From: Adineta vaga
Taxonomy: Eukaryota > Animalia > Rotifera
Direction of reading: 5' to 3'
Length of the DNA stretch: 64,000 nucleotides
Assembly: GCA_021613535.1 (NCBI GenBank)
Contig: CP075496.1
Location: forward strand, 6,138,001-6,202,000
Under the pieces are notes generated by a model. The model worked only from the letters and a program-made list of their open reading frames with translations, was not told the origin of the DNA and did not search any database. Shown here one piece after another: positions 1 through 19,508 of the stretch (position 1 is the stretch's first letter; every line of letters begins with the position of its first letter). The position numbers were made by a program, and so were the translations under genes.

Positions 1-37
1 AAAATATTAACGTTCAAAAAAAGAAGAAGATCAATCT

Positions 38-1937
38 ATGCCGATATCAAGTGGTTTTGGTTATTATCCCTATAATTATCCTACAACGAAAACAACACGT
101 ACTTTACCACCCGTACGTTCGACACAAATTATAGCACGTGCTCCCAAAGTAAGTTTTTCATCTTCTTCAGTTTTAGTTTCATTTCTGTTTGAAACAAACA
201 AAGAAAGAGAATAATGTCCTTATGCCACAAACTTGAAACATACTATTTTGTTAGATGAGTAAAGAAAAAAAATTACGTACAAAAAAAGGTTAGGCAATTT
301 TTCGACTTTCAAAGAATTATAGAAAGCAAAAGAAAAGAAACGAGTAAGACGAAAAGAATATTTATATGTCACAACATTATTATGTACAGTTACCACCGGA
401 AAAATATTACAATTCAAAGACTACAACGATAAAATCCACAAAATATCCAGCAATATCAACACGAAGCACTGTTGTCAAACGACCATCGATACGTTCGGAT
501 ACTTTCCTATTAGCTAAAAAAGTCAATCAAACGAAGCCTAAAGTCCAAAAACAATATTCAGTTCGTACCGATATTCGAAGATTACCACCCATACAAATTC
601 CTATTCGAAGTAATTCAATACCTTCACGAAAGAAGCGTGTAACAGCAGTTCAAAGTACTATTGCCGCTCGACCAAAACCAAAATATGTAAGTTCATTTAC
701 TTATCAACGCGATCCTGTTCAAAAGCCTGTGTATATTCCTGAACGACGTAATAGTGTTCATTATGTTTCTACTCGTCCTGTTTATCATCGAAAATTGACT
801 CCTCCAGCAAAAGATACTTCAGATGTGAATCGACGTATACGAATTGGTAAACATGATTATATAGTACAACGAAGAACAGAAGCAGCTGATGTTCTGCACA
901 ACGATCGTCAGACTGTAAGTAATACAACAGTTCATACTCATCGACTAATTCAAAAAGATACGTTTATTTTATCCTTCTATGTATTCTAATCAAAATAAAA
1001 CAATAATGCTCTGATATTTATGGATCCTTTGTGATTAATCTTAATATAACGTGATCTATCATAAGGCTCTATAAATGATAAGATTTCTTTTCATTTATTT
1101 GTCTTATTTAACTTAAGAATTGATTATTCATATAATGTTATTTTCCCATTCATTCAGGAAACTATCGTTGAAGAACGAAGACCTAAACGAGTTGTACGTG
1201 TCTTACGGGAATCTCCACGTCGAGAAGATGATGTTTATTATGTTAAACCTGTATCACCACCATTACGTCGACAAACAGTAATTCGAAAATCTACACCACC
1301 AGTAGAATATATTCGTGTAAAAAAAACACCACCACCACCACCTATTCGTTCTCGTCGTTCACCTCGTACTGAAACAATTTATCTTGACAAAGATCAATCT
1401 ATACCACATAATGATGATTATATATATATTGATGAAGATGGTAATGAAGTTAAATTTATAGATGAACAAAGTGCAACACCTCGGTATGTAGAATATACTT
1501 ATGAAGATGATCGAGATAAACGACGTGAACGAAAAGTTATCTATATTGATGAGATAGAAAAACAGCCGACACCCGAACCTCAAATTATTGTTGTTGAAGA
1601 TAGAGAAAAACGACATGTACCCGAATCTGAAGTTATTTATGTCAAAGAAGCAGAACCTCGTCGATCACATCAACCTGACGTAATTTATGTCGAAGAAAAA
1701 GAAGAACGACATTCACATCAACCAGAAGTGATTTATGTTGAACAAGAACAACAAGAACAACATTCATATCAACCAGAAGTGATTTACGTTGAACAAGAAC
1801 AACAAGAACAATATGTCAATGAACCTAATGTCATTTATGTTGACGATACGTATCGAAGTTCACATCAACCTGATGTCATTTACGTCGAAGATCATGATGA
1901 TCGAGATCTATATGAACCTGAAGTTATTTATGTATAA
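38..1937 (+). CDS. Orphan low-complexity protein (~470 aa): basic Pro/Ser/Thr/Arg-rich N-half, acidic C-terminal P[EDN]VIYV repeats
   Basis: Exons 38-148, 390-914 and 1158-1937 join in phase through GT-AG introns. ORFs 366..989 and 1728..1937 fall in these frames. No family recognised. Confidence 0.75.
1624..1934 (+). repeat. Coding tandem repeat, 48-51 nt (16-17 aa) unit, about 7 copies of [PS][EDN]VIYV[EDK]
   Basis: Units 1710-1760 and 1761-1811 differ at only 2 of 51 nt. The other units are more diverged. Confidence 0.9.
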
Positions 1938-2219
1938 GATCAATGACATGACAAAATGATATATGATCAACTATCATCAAAGAGATATTCTATTTTCATG
2001 TAAATAATTTTCTGTTATTATTATTTTCATTATTGAAATAGATTCCTATAGCTAAAATCGTTGTATTGTAGACATATCAATGAATTCTTAGATCTGTAGA
2101 GCAGTAAATAGACTTAAGGAACCTTTTGTTTTTCCAGCAAAAATGGTAGAATCTACACGCTTATTATTATCCAACATGAATAGGAAAAGAAAAAACGAAA
2201 AACTAAAATGTCTATTGTT

Positions 2220-5784
<3,565 letters not shown>

Positions 5785-6748
5785 GATGAATTTGGGAGAA
5801 ATGAAAGAAGAAATATTGTTTAGAAATCAATGGTTGTCTTAGAAGAGAAGAAAGTGTCTTTAACATCAAGAGAACTGACAACAACATTGTCATAGATGTC
5901 GAAATCTTCAATTGTCTAAGCCATTTTTTGATCTCATTATTAATTGATAATTCGAGGTAAAATTGCTTAAATCAACACAAATTGATTAGCTATTCTAGAC
6001 GACAGAAAAGGAAAAACTTATGTTTTGTTATTCTAATCAAATAAGATCATTTGAGAAAATTTTAAATAAATAAATCTATTGCATGTTAATTCTCTAACCT
6101 CATAGACTGAAACATAATACTTTCATTTATATAATAGTACGTAATAGAGTGAAAATTTTCAATGAATAGAAAATCGGAGATAATCGAAAAATGTGTAGGC
6201 ATCGAAATGAAATCTATTTTATCATGCTATGAGAACACGCACAGAGAAAGAAAGTAAGTAAATAGTATAGATTGATATGTTTTTCTACGTCAGATTTCTA
6301 TTCATCAATAAAGAAGAGAGAAAGAAAATCTTGTATTTGTTCGAAGTTATATGCATCAATCAACACATCGATTTCACCTTTGATATGTCAACATTCAATG
6401 ATAGCTGCCATGATTTTGATGAGAAAGAGAGATATTCGATGTCTAGTGATAAATAGCTAGTTGAATGAAGTCGACAGTTAATCAGACAAAGTCTATATAT
6501 CTATCATTAATTTCATCCAATTGATTATTGTTTATTGAAAAGATTGATATGTGTCATGCATAAATAAATAATAGTTGAAAAAAAAAACCTTTTCATTATC
6601 TTTTCCTAAAGATTCATTTTCTTTTTCATTGTCAAACAGAAAAAAAAGAGAAAGATATCACTAATTCAATACAACAGCAAATCATTAACATGAAAAAGTT
6701 CTGGAAAGATATTTGATTGGAAATATTTGGTATTGAGTTAAAGCTAAT

Positions 6749-8181
6749 TTATGTTGATGCCGGTTCGGATAATACTGAACACTAGGGAAGAGAAAACAAC
6801 AGACAATGATTAACTCTGTAAGGAATAGATTCGTTTACTTCGGAAAGAAATTTATGTATCTGAATTGAATAATTTCGTGAAAGCCATGTCGTATTATGTT
6901 GACCATCAGAAAATAGAATTAGTTGTTTTTTTGTACTTTGACATTCCTAGAAAATACAATATATATATATCTCATTTCGTTGTAGAATTATTTCATTTGA
7001 AATGAACTAACATCATGTAATTTTCGCATCATTTGTGGAGGAACTAATTCGTCTTGTTCACCGGAGAGAAATAATAATGGTATCTTAATATGACGAATTT
7101 TACTAATCGAAGAAAACTAAATTATTCAACAAGATTTTTAACATGATTTCAGTCTTATTTTCTCATCATTTTACCATATTCTTGTAATAACACGAAGGTA
7201 TATAATCAATTATAAAAAATTGAAATAATCGTTTAGCCATATCAGGTATTGATGTAAAAGTGTTTTCAACAACAACACAATATAATGGTGGAGTTGCTTC
7301 AATTTCAGCAAGATGAGCAGCTTTAAATATACAGAACAAATAGTTAATTAGTTCATAGATTTTTTTCTTCTTCATATTTACCGAGATGTAGTGCAACAGC
7401 ACCACCTAATGAACGTCCAAAGAGAAAAATCTTTTCTTGATTGAGATCCGAACGTGAACGAACGAAATCATATACAGCTTGTGCATCTGTATAAAGACCA
7501 GTTTCTGACGGTATTCCAGTTGATCTTCCATAACCACGATAATCAAAGAGAAGAATATTAATGTTACATGCTCTATAGAGTAAATGAGCATTTTGTAATC
7601 TAATAGAGTAATATCACGAATATAAATATGAAACTTTTGATATCTTTCATACCTATGTCCAATATTTCCGGCATTTCCATGAAAGAAAATTAATGTTGCA
7701 CATTCTTCTGTTCGTTGCATTTGTGTTAATAAATATCCATGTAATTTTTCATTATCAGTTGTTTCAATTGTTATTGTTTCATATTCCATATGAAATAATT
7801 CAGGTGTCTGTACAATTGTTCGTGCTGTATCTGGTTCATTTGGTTGATATAGTAACATATCTTGTAAACCATAAAGTGAAGCTACAATATATATACATAT
7901 AAAGAGAGATTATTTTTATTTGTTGTAATAGAAAAAACTAAATCTTTACTAAGTATTCCACAGATGAGACATAGAATTAATACAATATTTCCAAATAATT
8001 GATAAAAAAGATAAAATGCAAATAATGATAAACCAAATGTTGTTGAGATTTCTTGAATTACATTTGATAAAGGAACTTTCTTCTTATTCATTAAGACAGA
8101 ATTCGTTAATAGATGGTATTTTTTTTTCGAAAAACTTTGACCTAGAGATCTGTAGAGAGATGATAGACATCGTGAAACCAT
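6749..8181 (-). CDS. ABHD13: ABHD13-like alpha/beta hydrolase
   Basis: N-terminal TM; QDMLLYQP; [11 protein letters not shown]; DYRGYGRS; GRSLGG nucleophile; [12 protein letters not shown]; [10 protein letters not shown]; GQHNTTW. Start codon uncertain (8229, 8181 or about 8091). Confidence 0.88.
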
Positions 8182-8335
8182 GATGAATAGATAACAAAAA
8201 TGACGTCTGATTAAAATATGTATCGGCATAGACCATTAGGTGTGTTTTTTAAAGAAATTTTCATTCATCTAGAAGAGAAGACAAGAAAGATCAATACTTC
8301 AAAACAGACAACGATAAAATCTGAAAGAAAATAAT

Positions 8336-9950
8336 TTAAACATGCTGTGCTCCATCTGGAATTAATGATAAGAAAAAGTTTGATATTGTTTGAAATAATA
8401 AACGTGTAGATGTTATTTCATTGTTAGTAACAGATGTTGATGTACTAGACGAAGACTAAATAGGAAAAGACATAGAAACATTCATGTTGTTCAGCAAGAT
8501 GATTATTCGAAGTATTCTTTTAATAGATTGAAAACATCGTAATAAGAAAATACATACAGACAAGAGATCGTCTAGAAAATCTATACAATTATACTGAACA
8601 TATTCTCATTCGTTGATTAAACGTCGACAGTAGATGTAACATCTAGATAAAATTTTTACGGTGAACGAACATCTTATTATCAAAAGTTTCTCGTATGAAA
8701 TAATCAGATTCTCATTAATAAATCTATTTCGAGGTGAGAATAGAACCAGTAGACCAGTAATATGACATTTATACTAAAATACAATGAAGTAATTCATTTC
8801 TCATACTTCTTGTGGGGAAGCATCATCTGCATTTAGTTGTTCATTTATATTTGGTTCAGTTTCATTCTCCTGATGAAAATCATTGTCTACTGGTGGAGTT
8901 TGATGATTTTGTGCACGTCGATGTTCTTCTGCAGTTCGATATCCACGATAAAATCTAAATTACAAAGACTTAGAGTGAAAAAATTTTATTTACATTGTTT
9001 GACTTACAAAAATAATAGAATATAAAATCCAAAAATAACAAAGAAATGGCTAATTGTTGTACAAAAACAGATCATAAGACAAAGAATACAGATGTAGACG
9101 ATGAATTGAACTGATCTCAATGGATTATCATTCCTAGCAGGTACTAATGGAACAGTCGTCGATTGATTTTCTATTATCGTTGGTATTATTCTTTGTCTTA
9201 TTTGATGATTTTGACTAAATTGAAACCATGTACAATTTTTCATCTTTTTTCCCTTCACTTACAACATTTGATGATGTAAATGACAATATTGCAAATATAT
9301 CTGATTATTAGAATTAGATGTGAATAGATGTGCATTTGCTTAACACGAATCTAATCGAGAGAATGATTATTTTAATGAAAAAATATCAGTGAATATACTG
9401 TTGAAGTTGTTGTTGATATTTCGTTAACTGATTCATATATTGAATATAATCAGATGAATGTAAACGACTAGATAAGATGTTTGATAACTAGTATGAAAAG
9501 AGAATTTTTATCGAAAGTATATGAATGACATATTCTTACCGGTTCATTTTTATCTGAATCGAGAACAAGATGAACAATATGTGTTGAACTGGAAGCTGTC
9601 TACAATGAAGAAGATTGATTGAACATTCTTATGTACGAAAGAAAATACTGTATTCCAATTGATTGTCTTACTTTAGTAAATACTTGATGAAGTAGATTTT
9701 TATCATCGAGTAATTTTCCTGAGTAAATCAAACGTTGATTTTCAGGAACCTATAGAATTCGTTCATACAAAGGATAAAAACGAGAAGAATATTTAACGAA
9801 TAATTTTACTGGTTTTCTTGGATGAACTAATGTAATCTTTTGTTTGAGATCATAAATAGTTACTGATGTAGATATTTCAATCGAAAAATCAACATATTTA
9901 TTATTCGTTGTACGAATAATCAATTTGGTTATTTCATTGACAGTTGCCAT
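8336..9950 (-). CDS. HERPUD: HERP/HERPUD-like ER membrane ubiquitin-like-domain protein (one apparent frameshift near 9340-9400)
   Basis: N-terminal UBL (DLKQKITLVHPRKP|VPENQRLIYSGKLLDD, HIVHLV), hydrophobic TM segment at 9010-9115, last exon ending NFFLSLIPDGAQHV like the HERP C-terminal FFxSLLP. Confidence 0.8.
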
Positions 9951-10554
9951 ATTGTTTTGTTTCAATTTATTTATTAAATATGATCAAAGAAAAAGTTTTA
10001 GTTGTTGTAGTTGAGTCAGATAGGTGTTTAATTTTCTATTGCTAAATTGTTCAACCAATAATAAAAAAAATCTAAAGCATTAAAAGAGGTCGTTGATATC
10101 GTTATCAATGAATCATTTGATTAGATAAATGCTATTCTAGTCTATTGTATTGTTACTTTTTTCTCGAACATTTTATTTCTTTTTCTCTTTTCGAAATTCT
10201 TTGAAAAAAAAATCGATGAGAAGTTCTACTTATTCAATTCATTGATAGAATTCGTTTTTACCCACTTACTTTTTTAATACTCCCTATATCTTTATTTTTC
10301 AACAATGACTCTGATCAACGGACAAAAAAAACGTCTAAAAGAACATCGTGACATTGAGTAGTAGAGGAAAAAAAACAATAAATTCTTCGTATTTTCTTTC
10401 TTTCTTTCTTCTAAGAATTATCAGAACTATGAGAATTATTATTTTCCAACGATAGTTATTTTCGTTAGTACGATTGTTCATAGAATCAGAAAAGCAATCA
10501 GTACTATTTTACACCATGTCAACATGACCCACATGATTTGTTTTATTGATGTAG
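9951..10554. promoter_or_regulatory. Putative bidirectional promoter between divergent HERPUD-like and PTEN genes
   Basis: Head-to-head start codons about 600 nt apart. CCAAT at about 10056. Positional inference only. Confidence 0.4.
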
Positions 10555-13038
10555 ATGATCACTAATCCAATGAAACGAATGAGAAAAATTGTAAGTAAGA
10601 AAAAGCGACGTTATCAACAAGATGGATTTGATCTCGATTTAACTTGTAAGTAGAAATATAATACATATAAAATCATACTTACTTATTTATTCTTTAACGT
10701 AGATATTCGTCCGAATGTTATTGCAATGGGTTATCCAGCTGATAATTATGAAGGTGTCTATAGAAATAATATTGCTGATGTCAGTCGGTCAGTATTTAAT
10801 TCATATAGATTCTCAAAAACCAAATAACTTTTGTTTTTGTTTTTATATTGAAAAGATTTTTAGCATCAAAACATGGAGATAAATATTATATTTATAATTT
10901 GTAAGGGAAATTTAAAGATTTGAATTTTCATATAAACATCTATTTGGTTTTATTTAGATGCGTGGAAAGTGAAAGACAATATGATGGTGCACGATTTAAT
11001 AATCATGTGTGTTCAGAGTTTAGTTTTGAAGATCATAATCCACCAACAATTAAAATGATATTAGCCTTTTGTCAACATGTTGAAGCACAATTGAAAGGCA
11101 TGGCTGATCGAACGATTGTTATACATTGTAAAGCAGGCAAAGTAAGACTTTATTTCTGTTACATTTCTATATAATTTTGACTTGGATTTTTGAAATAACT
11201 AATCAACGAGATTGATTCTAGTGTAACTCATCCACAACTAGAATTTCACTTCTAATATATTTTTATTTAATACTTTATTATGAAAGTTATTTTTGAACTC
11301 AAATATTGTAAGTTTTTAGGGTAGAACCGGTGTGATGTCTTGCTGTTTTTTATTGTATTATTACCGACAAGAATATAATGATCCACTACAAACTTTAAAA
11401 TTCTATGCTCAACAAAGAACATCTAACGAAAAAGTAGGAATTATATTTTATTGTTTTATTTCTACAAGAAATTTCTTTCTTTCTTTCTTTCAGGGTGTAA
11501 CAATACCTAGTCAACGTCGTTATGTCGAATATTTCGGCCATTTATTAAATAGTCAAGTACCTTATACACCGAAACAAATACTTTTTACTGGTTTATTAAT
11601 AACATACGATCTTAATCAAATACATCATTCAAGTTTGTTTTTTTTCTCTCATTAAATCAAATTCATTTCATTTGTTTATTGAAAATGTTTAGGCCTTTCA
11701 TATACAGTTCGATCCGTATCTTCTGATCGTCGTATTCAATATAAATCATTTGAAGTATCTCTGGAACGTGATTTAATAATTCGTCGAGATTCACCAGCTG
11801 ATTATTCTGTACTAGAAGCAATACATAAACATTTTATTCCTCCGTCGAATTCCGAATGTCGAATTTTATTAGAAGAAGATGTTCTCATTGAAATTTATGT
11901 TACAAAAACGCGAAGAGGAAAACCAGTAAGATGAAAACTGTCTGAAAATTCTTTTCGATTTTGTTTTATTTTTCTTAGGAAAAATTATGTCATTTCTGGT
12001 TCAATACCTTTTTTCTTGTCGATCCAAAACTACGAACAATTCTAAGTGATAATATTGGAAAACAACCGGACAGTAATTTAGGTCTTTTAAAATCATGTTT
12101 GATACCAAGCTATGGTCATACACATTTATATACCGTTATTAAAAAAGATATTGATGGTTTACATAAAGATAAATTAAATCGTTTAACACCGCCATCTTTT
12201 GCTGTAAGTTAATTCGAAGAAGAATGCTTTATTGAAATTGAAAAATAAGCAAATGCTTTTAGGGTAATTTTCTTTTGAGGTTTAAATAGAAATTAATCAA
12301 TTAAAAAGAAATATTCTTTGCATCATTGACTACTTCCTTAGACAGTCAACCTTCCAGTACGATGCTGAAAATAGATTTGATGTTTTTCTTTAATTATTTT
12401 TAAAAGTTTTCTACATACACATATATTTACAAATATTCCGAAGACTTTTCAGCAGTTTTATTCAAAGTAGAAAATTGAAATGATCATGAATTCTATTCTT
12501 TGACGTTATTAATTGTATAGAGAAATGAATCGATGATCAAATTATATATTAAAAAGATTTCCCAAGAGAATCGAACATAAAACATAATGTTTAAATAAGG
12601 AATTTTGGATTAACACTCAGAGGAAACAAATAATACTTTCTTTTCTTTGTCTTTTATCGATTTATATTATTCTAGGTATCTGTTTTATTTGATTATCTCC
12701 CAGCATCATCGACACCAACGATTCAACCAGATCAAAATTGTTCTCTATCAGAAAAACTACCTCATATAGATTTGAAACTAATCGAATCGAATGATAATTC
12801 ATCATTAATTATTGGTCCATCAGATAAGTTAGTTGATCAAAATGAATTAAAATCAAATGAGAGAACAAATGATAAAATAACAAAAACAAACAACAGTCGT
12901 CGAACTGAAAGATCTGCCTCAACGAATCGACGTTCTTTTGCTTTATATTCAAATGGTATGTCCGATTGGGATAGTACAGATTCTGAATCAGGTCCAAATG
13001 AAAGCAATCTTCTTAATGATGAACCTGATATGTCTTGA
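10555..13038 (+). CDS. PTEN: PTEN phosphatidylinositol-3,4,5-trisphosphate 3-phosphatase
   Basis: [52 protein letters not shown] P-loop; GVTIPSQRRYVEY; C2 domain with CHFWFNTFF; Ser/acidic tail DSTDSES. Confidence 0.95.
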
Positions 13039-14229
13039 ATTGATTGATTATTTTTGTCTCATTTTCAAACAGCATTGTACATAGTCACAAGAAAAATCAT
13101 GAGAGGAAAGAAAGAAATCTCATTGTATGAGTCTGTTTATAGTCTTCTTCTACTTTTTCTGTCTTGATTTATTAAAGAAACGCTTATATGTGTACGTATA
13201 AGTTGAACAGTACATTAACTTTTTTTTTCAGAAAACTTATATGTATCGTAGTATTTGTATTTGATGTAAATGGATTTTTTTCATTCAGTTGTTAATCAAT
13301 ATATATACACATATATATGAATATTTTTCTGTTCTGTCAATTGATAAGAAATCACTATCGATATTCTGTTTTCTTTACGTGCGTACTCATTCTGTGCCTA
13401 CTAGTGAATGGATTTGATTATGAGAAATAAGCAGTAGAACAACAAATGCACTGAGTTTTAATATTTAATCATTCAGTATGAATAAGATAGAAGGAAAATA
13501 CAAAGAAAAAAGGTAGAAAGTATCTCTTCCATGCTTGTATACAGGTGTTTTTCTTTTTCTGAAGATTAGATTTCAGTTCGTTTAATTCAATGGCCCAGCT
13601 TTAATTAGAAACGCACGACAGCGCAACCACTCAAAAACTAGAACAAATTGCGTGTCGATACATTTCATCCCTTCTCTTCTCTTCTGTTCTTTTCTCTGGA
13701 TAAACAATCATATCTAACGAGCAGATATTATCCAGCTTCTTCCTACGTTTTTTATCACCTGTGTCTATCATCATAAGACTCTTTCTTTGAATGACATACA
13801 TTTCTTATTTTCCCTTTTTTTCTTCTTAGTCAATTACTGTATATGTGCGGGTATATATACACACTTATTCTTTTTCACTATCATTTAGCAGTTTTCGCTG
13901 TTATTGCTTTTTTTTAGTTGATTGAGTGTTTGCGACAAGAAAAACGCATACATCTATCTTAGTCTGTATGCTTTGTGTCGACCGTCGATTTTTTTTGGTG
14001 AAGTAAAGAGGAAAGAGAAGGAAATTGGCCGCCTATTCTCTCCTCATCTACTACCCGATTTTTTCGCGTACTGTGAATAGTTATTAATATTACATATAGA
14101 GAGTACAATACAAGGCCATTTTTGCAAAAACATAGGAACATACAACCATTAACTCTCGTCATCGGATTCATCAAGCTTTGACATGCTGTTAGTAGGATGA
14201 GGTAGACGTTACACATTTGCTAGTACTAG

Positions 14230-14252
14230 TGAGAGAGAGAGAGAGAGAGAGA
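14230..14252. repeat. (GA)n microsatellite upstream of SEC14L
   Basis: gagagagagagagagagagagag seen directly. Confidence 0.9.
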
Positions 14253-14684
14253 AAGAAAGACATGTCGAAGAAAAAAATGCGCAAGAGGAAAAAAGAAAAG
14301 AAAAATTTCACGTACATATACACATCAGTAGGCAAGTGTAATATTTTAAGAAGACTTTTAATATTTACATGAAAAATAATTATCATATGCCGTATAGTAA
14401 TTTCAAAGAAGTTCTGTTTCTACACATATTTTTTCAAATTGAACTTTTTTCTTCGTTTCTAATCAATCTAAATCAAGGTCCTTTTTCTTTCTCTATGGGA
14501 CTGATATGTTGTCTTTTTTTTGTCATCAACAACATGCATGACACAAAAAAAAGGGAGAAGAAAAAGAAGAGGGGAAAAAAACTTTTTCTTTCTTTCTTTC
14601 TTTTAGATTTCTTTTTCTTTTCTTCGTTATGTTATAGTTCCATAGATTCATCTTTTCTTCCTCAATATATTCCATCCGTTATAA

Positions 14685-18699
<4,015 letters not shown>

Positions 18700-19508
18700 A
18701 AAGAGAGAGAGAAAAAAATAACTGGATTTTGTTATACGATATTTTTTTCTCCTATCTTTCTCTTTTTGTATAAAACGGCTTGGTTCCGTATGTTGAAGAA
18801 AACATGTTCATCTCGTTTTCTACTATTTTACTTTTTCAAGCATACCTTTCCCGACATTTTTTCTCTCTCTTGCAATACTGTCTGTCTGTTTATATATTTC
18901 TCATTATTATAACGGTTATCTGATATTAAAAGCAACTGCTCAGGCAGACAGATACTCATCTTTCTCTCATATATTTATATATGTCTGTAATAAAACTAAA
19001 GGGAAATTCACGTGTTATTTTTTTTTCTTCTTTTCTCAAAAGTTACATCTATGAAAGAAAGTATTCTCTAATGTGAATGGAGTGATTCATCTATTGCGTA
19101 TTTATTACTTGATCGAAAAGAAAATACAAAACATGTGTACTCAAAAGAAATTACAGAATGTTTCTTAGAAACATAAAAACAAAATGAAGACGTACCTTGC
19201 ATTTTGTAGAGTATTTTAGTTTTCTTTGCGAATAAGAGAGTAATATAATGTAGGTTAAAGTTTATATTCGTTTGAAATCTAGTTGTAGGACTGGTATTCT
19301 TTTAACGAACAGCGAGTATTTTCTTCTTCTTCTATACGAAAGATTCGACTGCTGACCTTTGGTTTTATTTTTCGATATGACATCATAATGAGAGAAAGCA
19401 TGTTTCGTCCTACTGATAAGATAGTCATGCGTTTGAAGGTAACGAGTATACCATCAGAGCAGGTGTATGCGTGTGAACGCTTATCTTTTCGTCCTTAATT
19501 AAATAAAT

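Noticed and set aside
1624-1934. Regularly spaced repeats resembling a CRISPR array
   Set aside because: They are in-frame coding repeats with synonymous variation, in a eukaryotic gene, with no cas genes.
8604-8773. Alternative HERPUD last exon (YKCHITG...)
   Set aside because: The downstream exon 8455-8336 carries the conserved HERP C-terminal motif. This segment is more likely intron.
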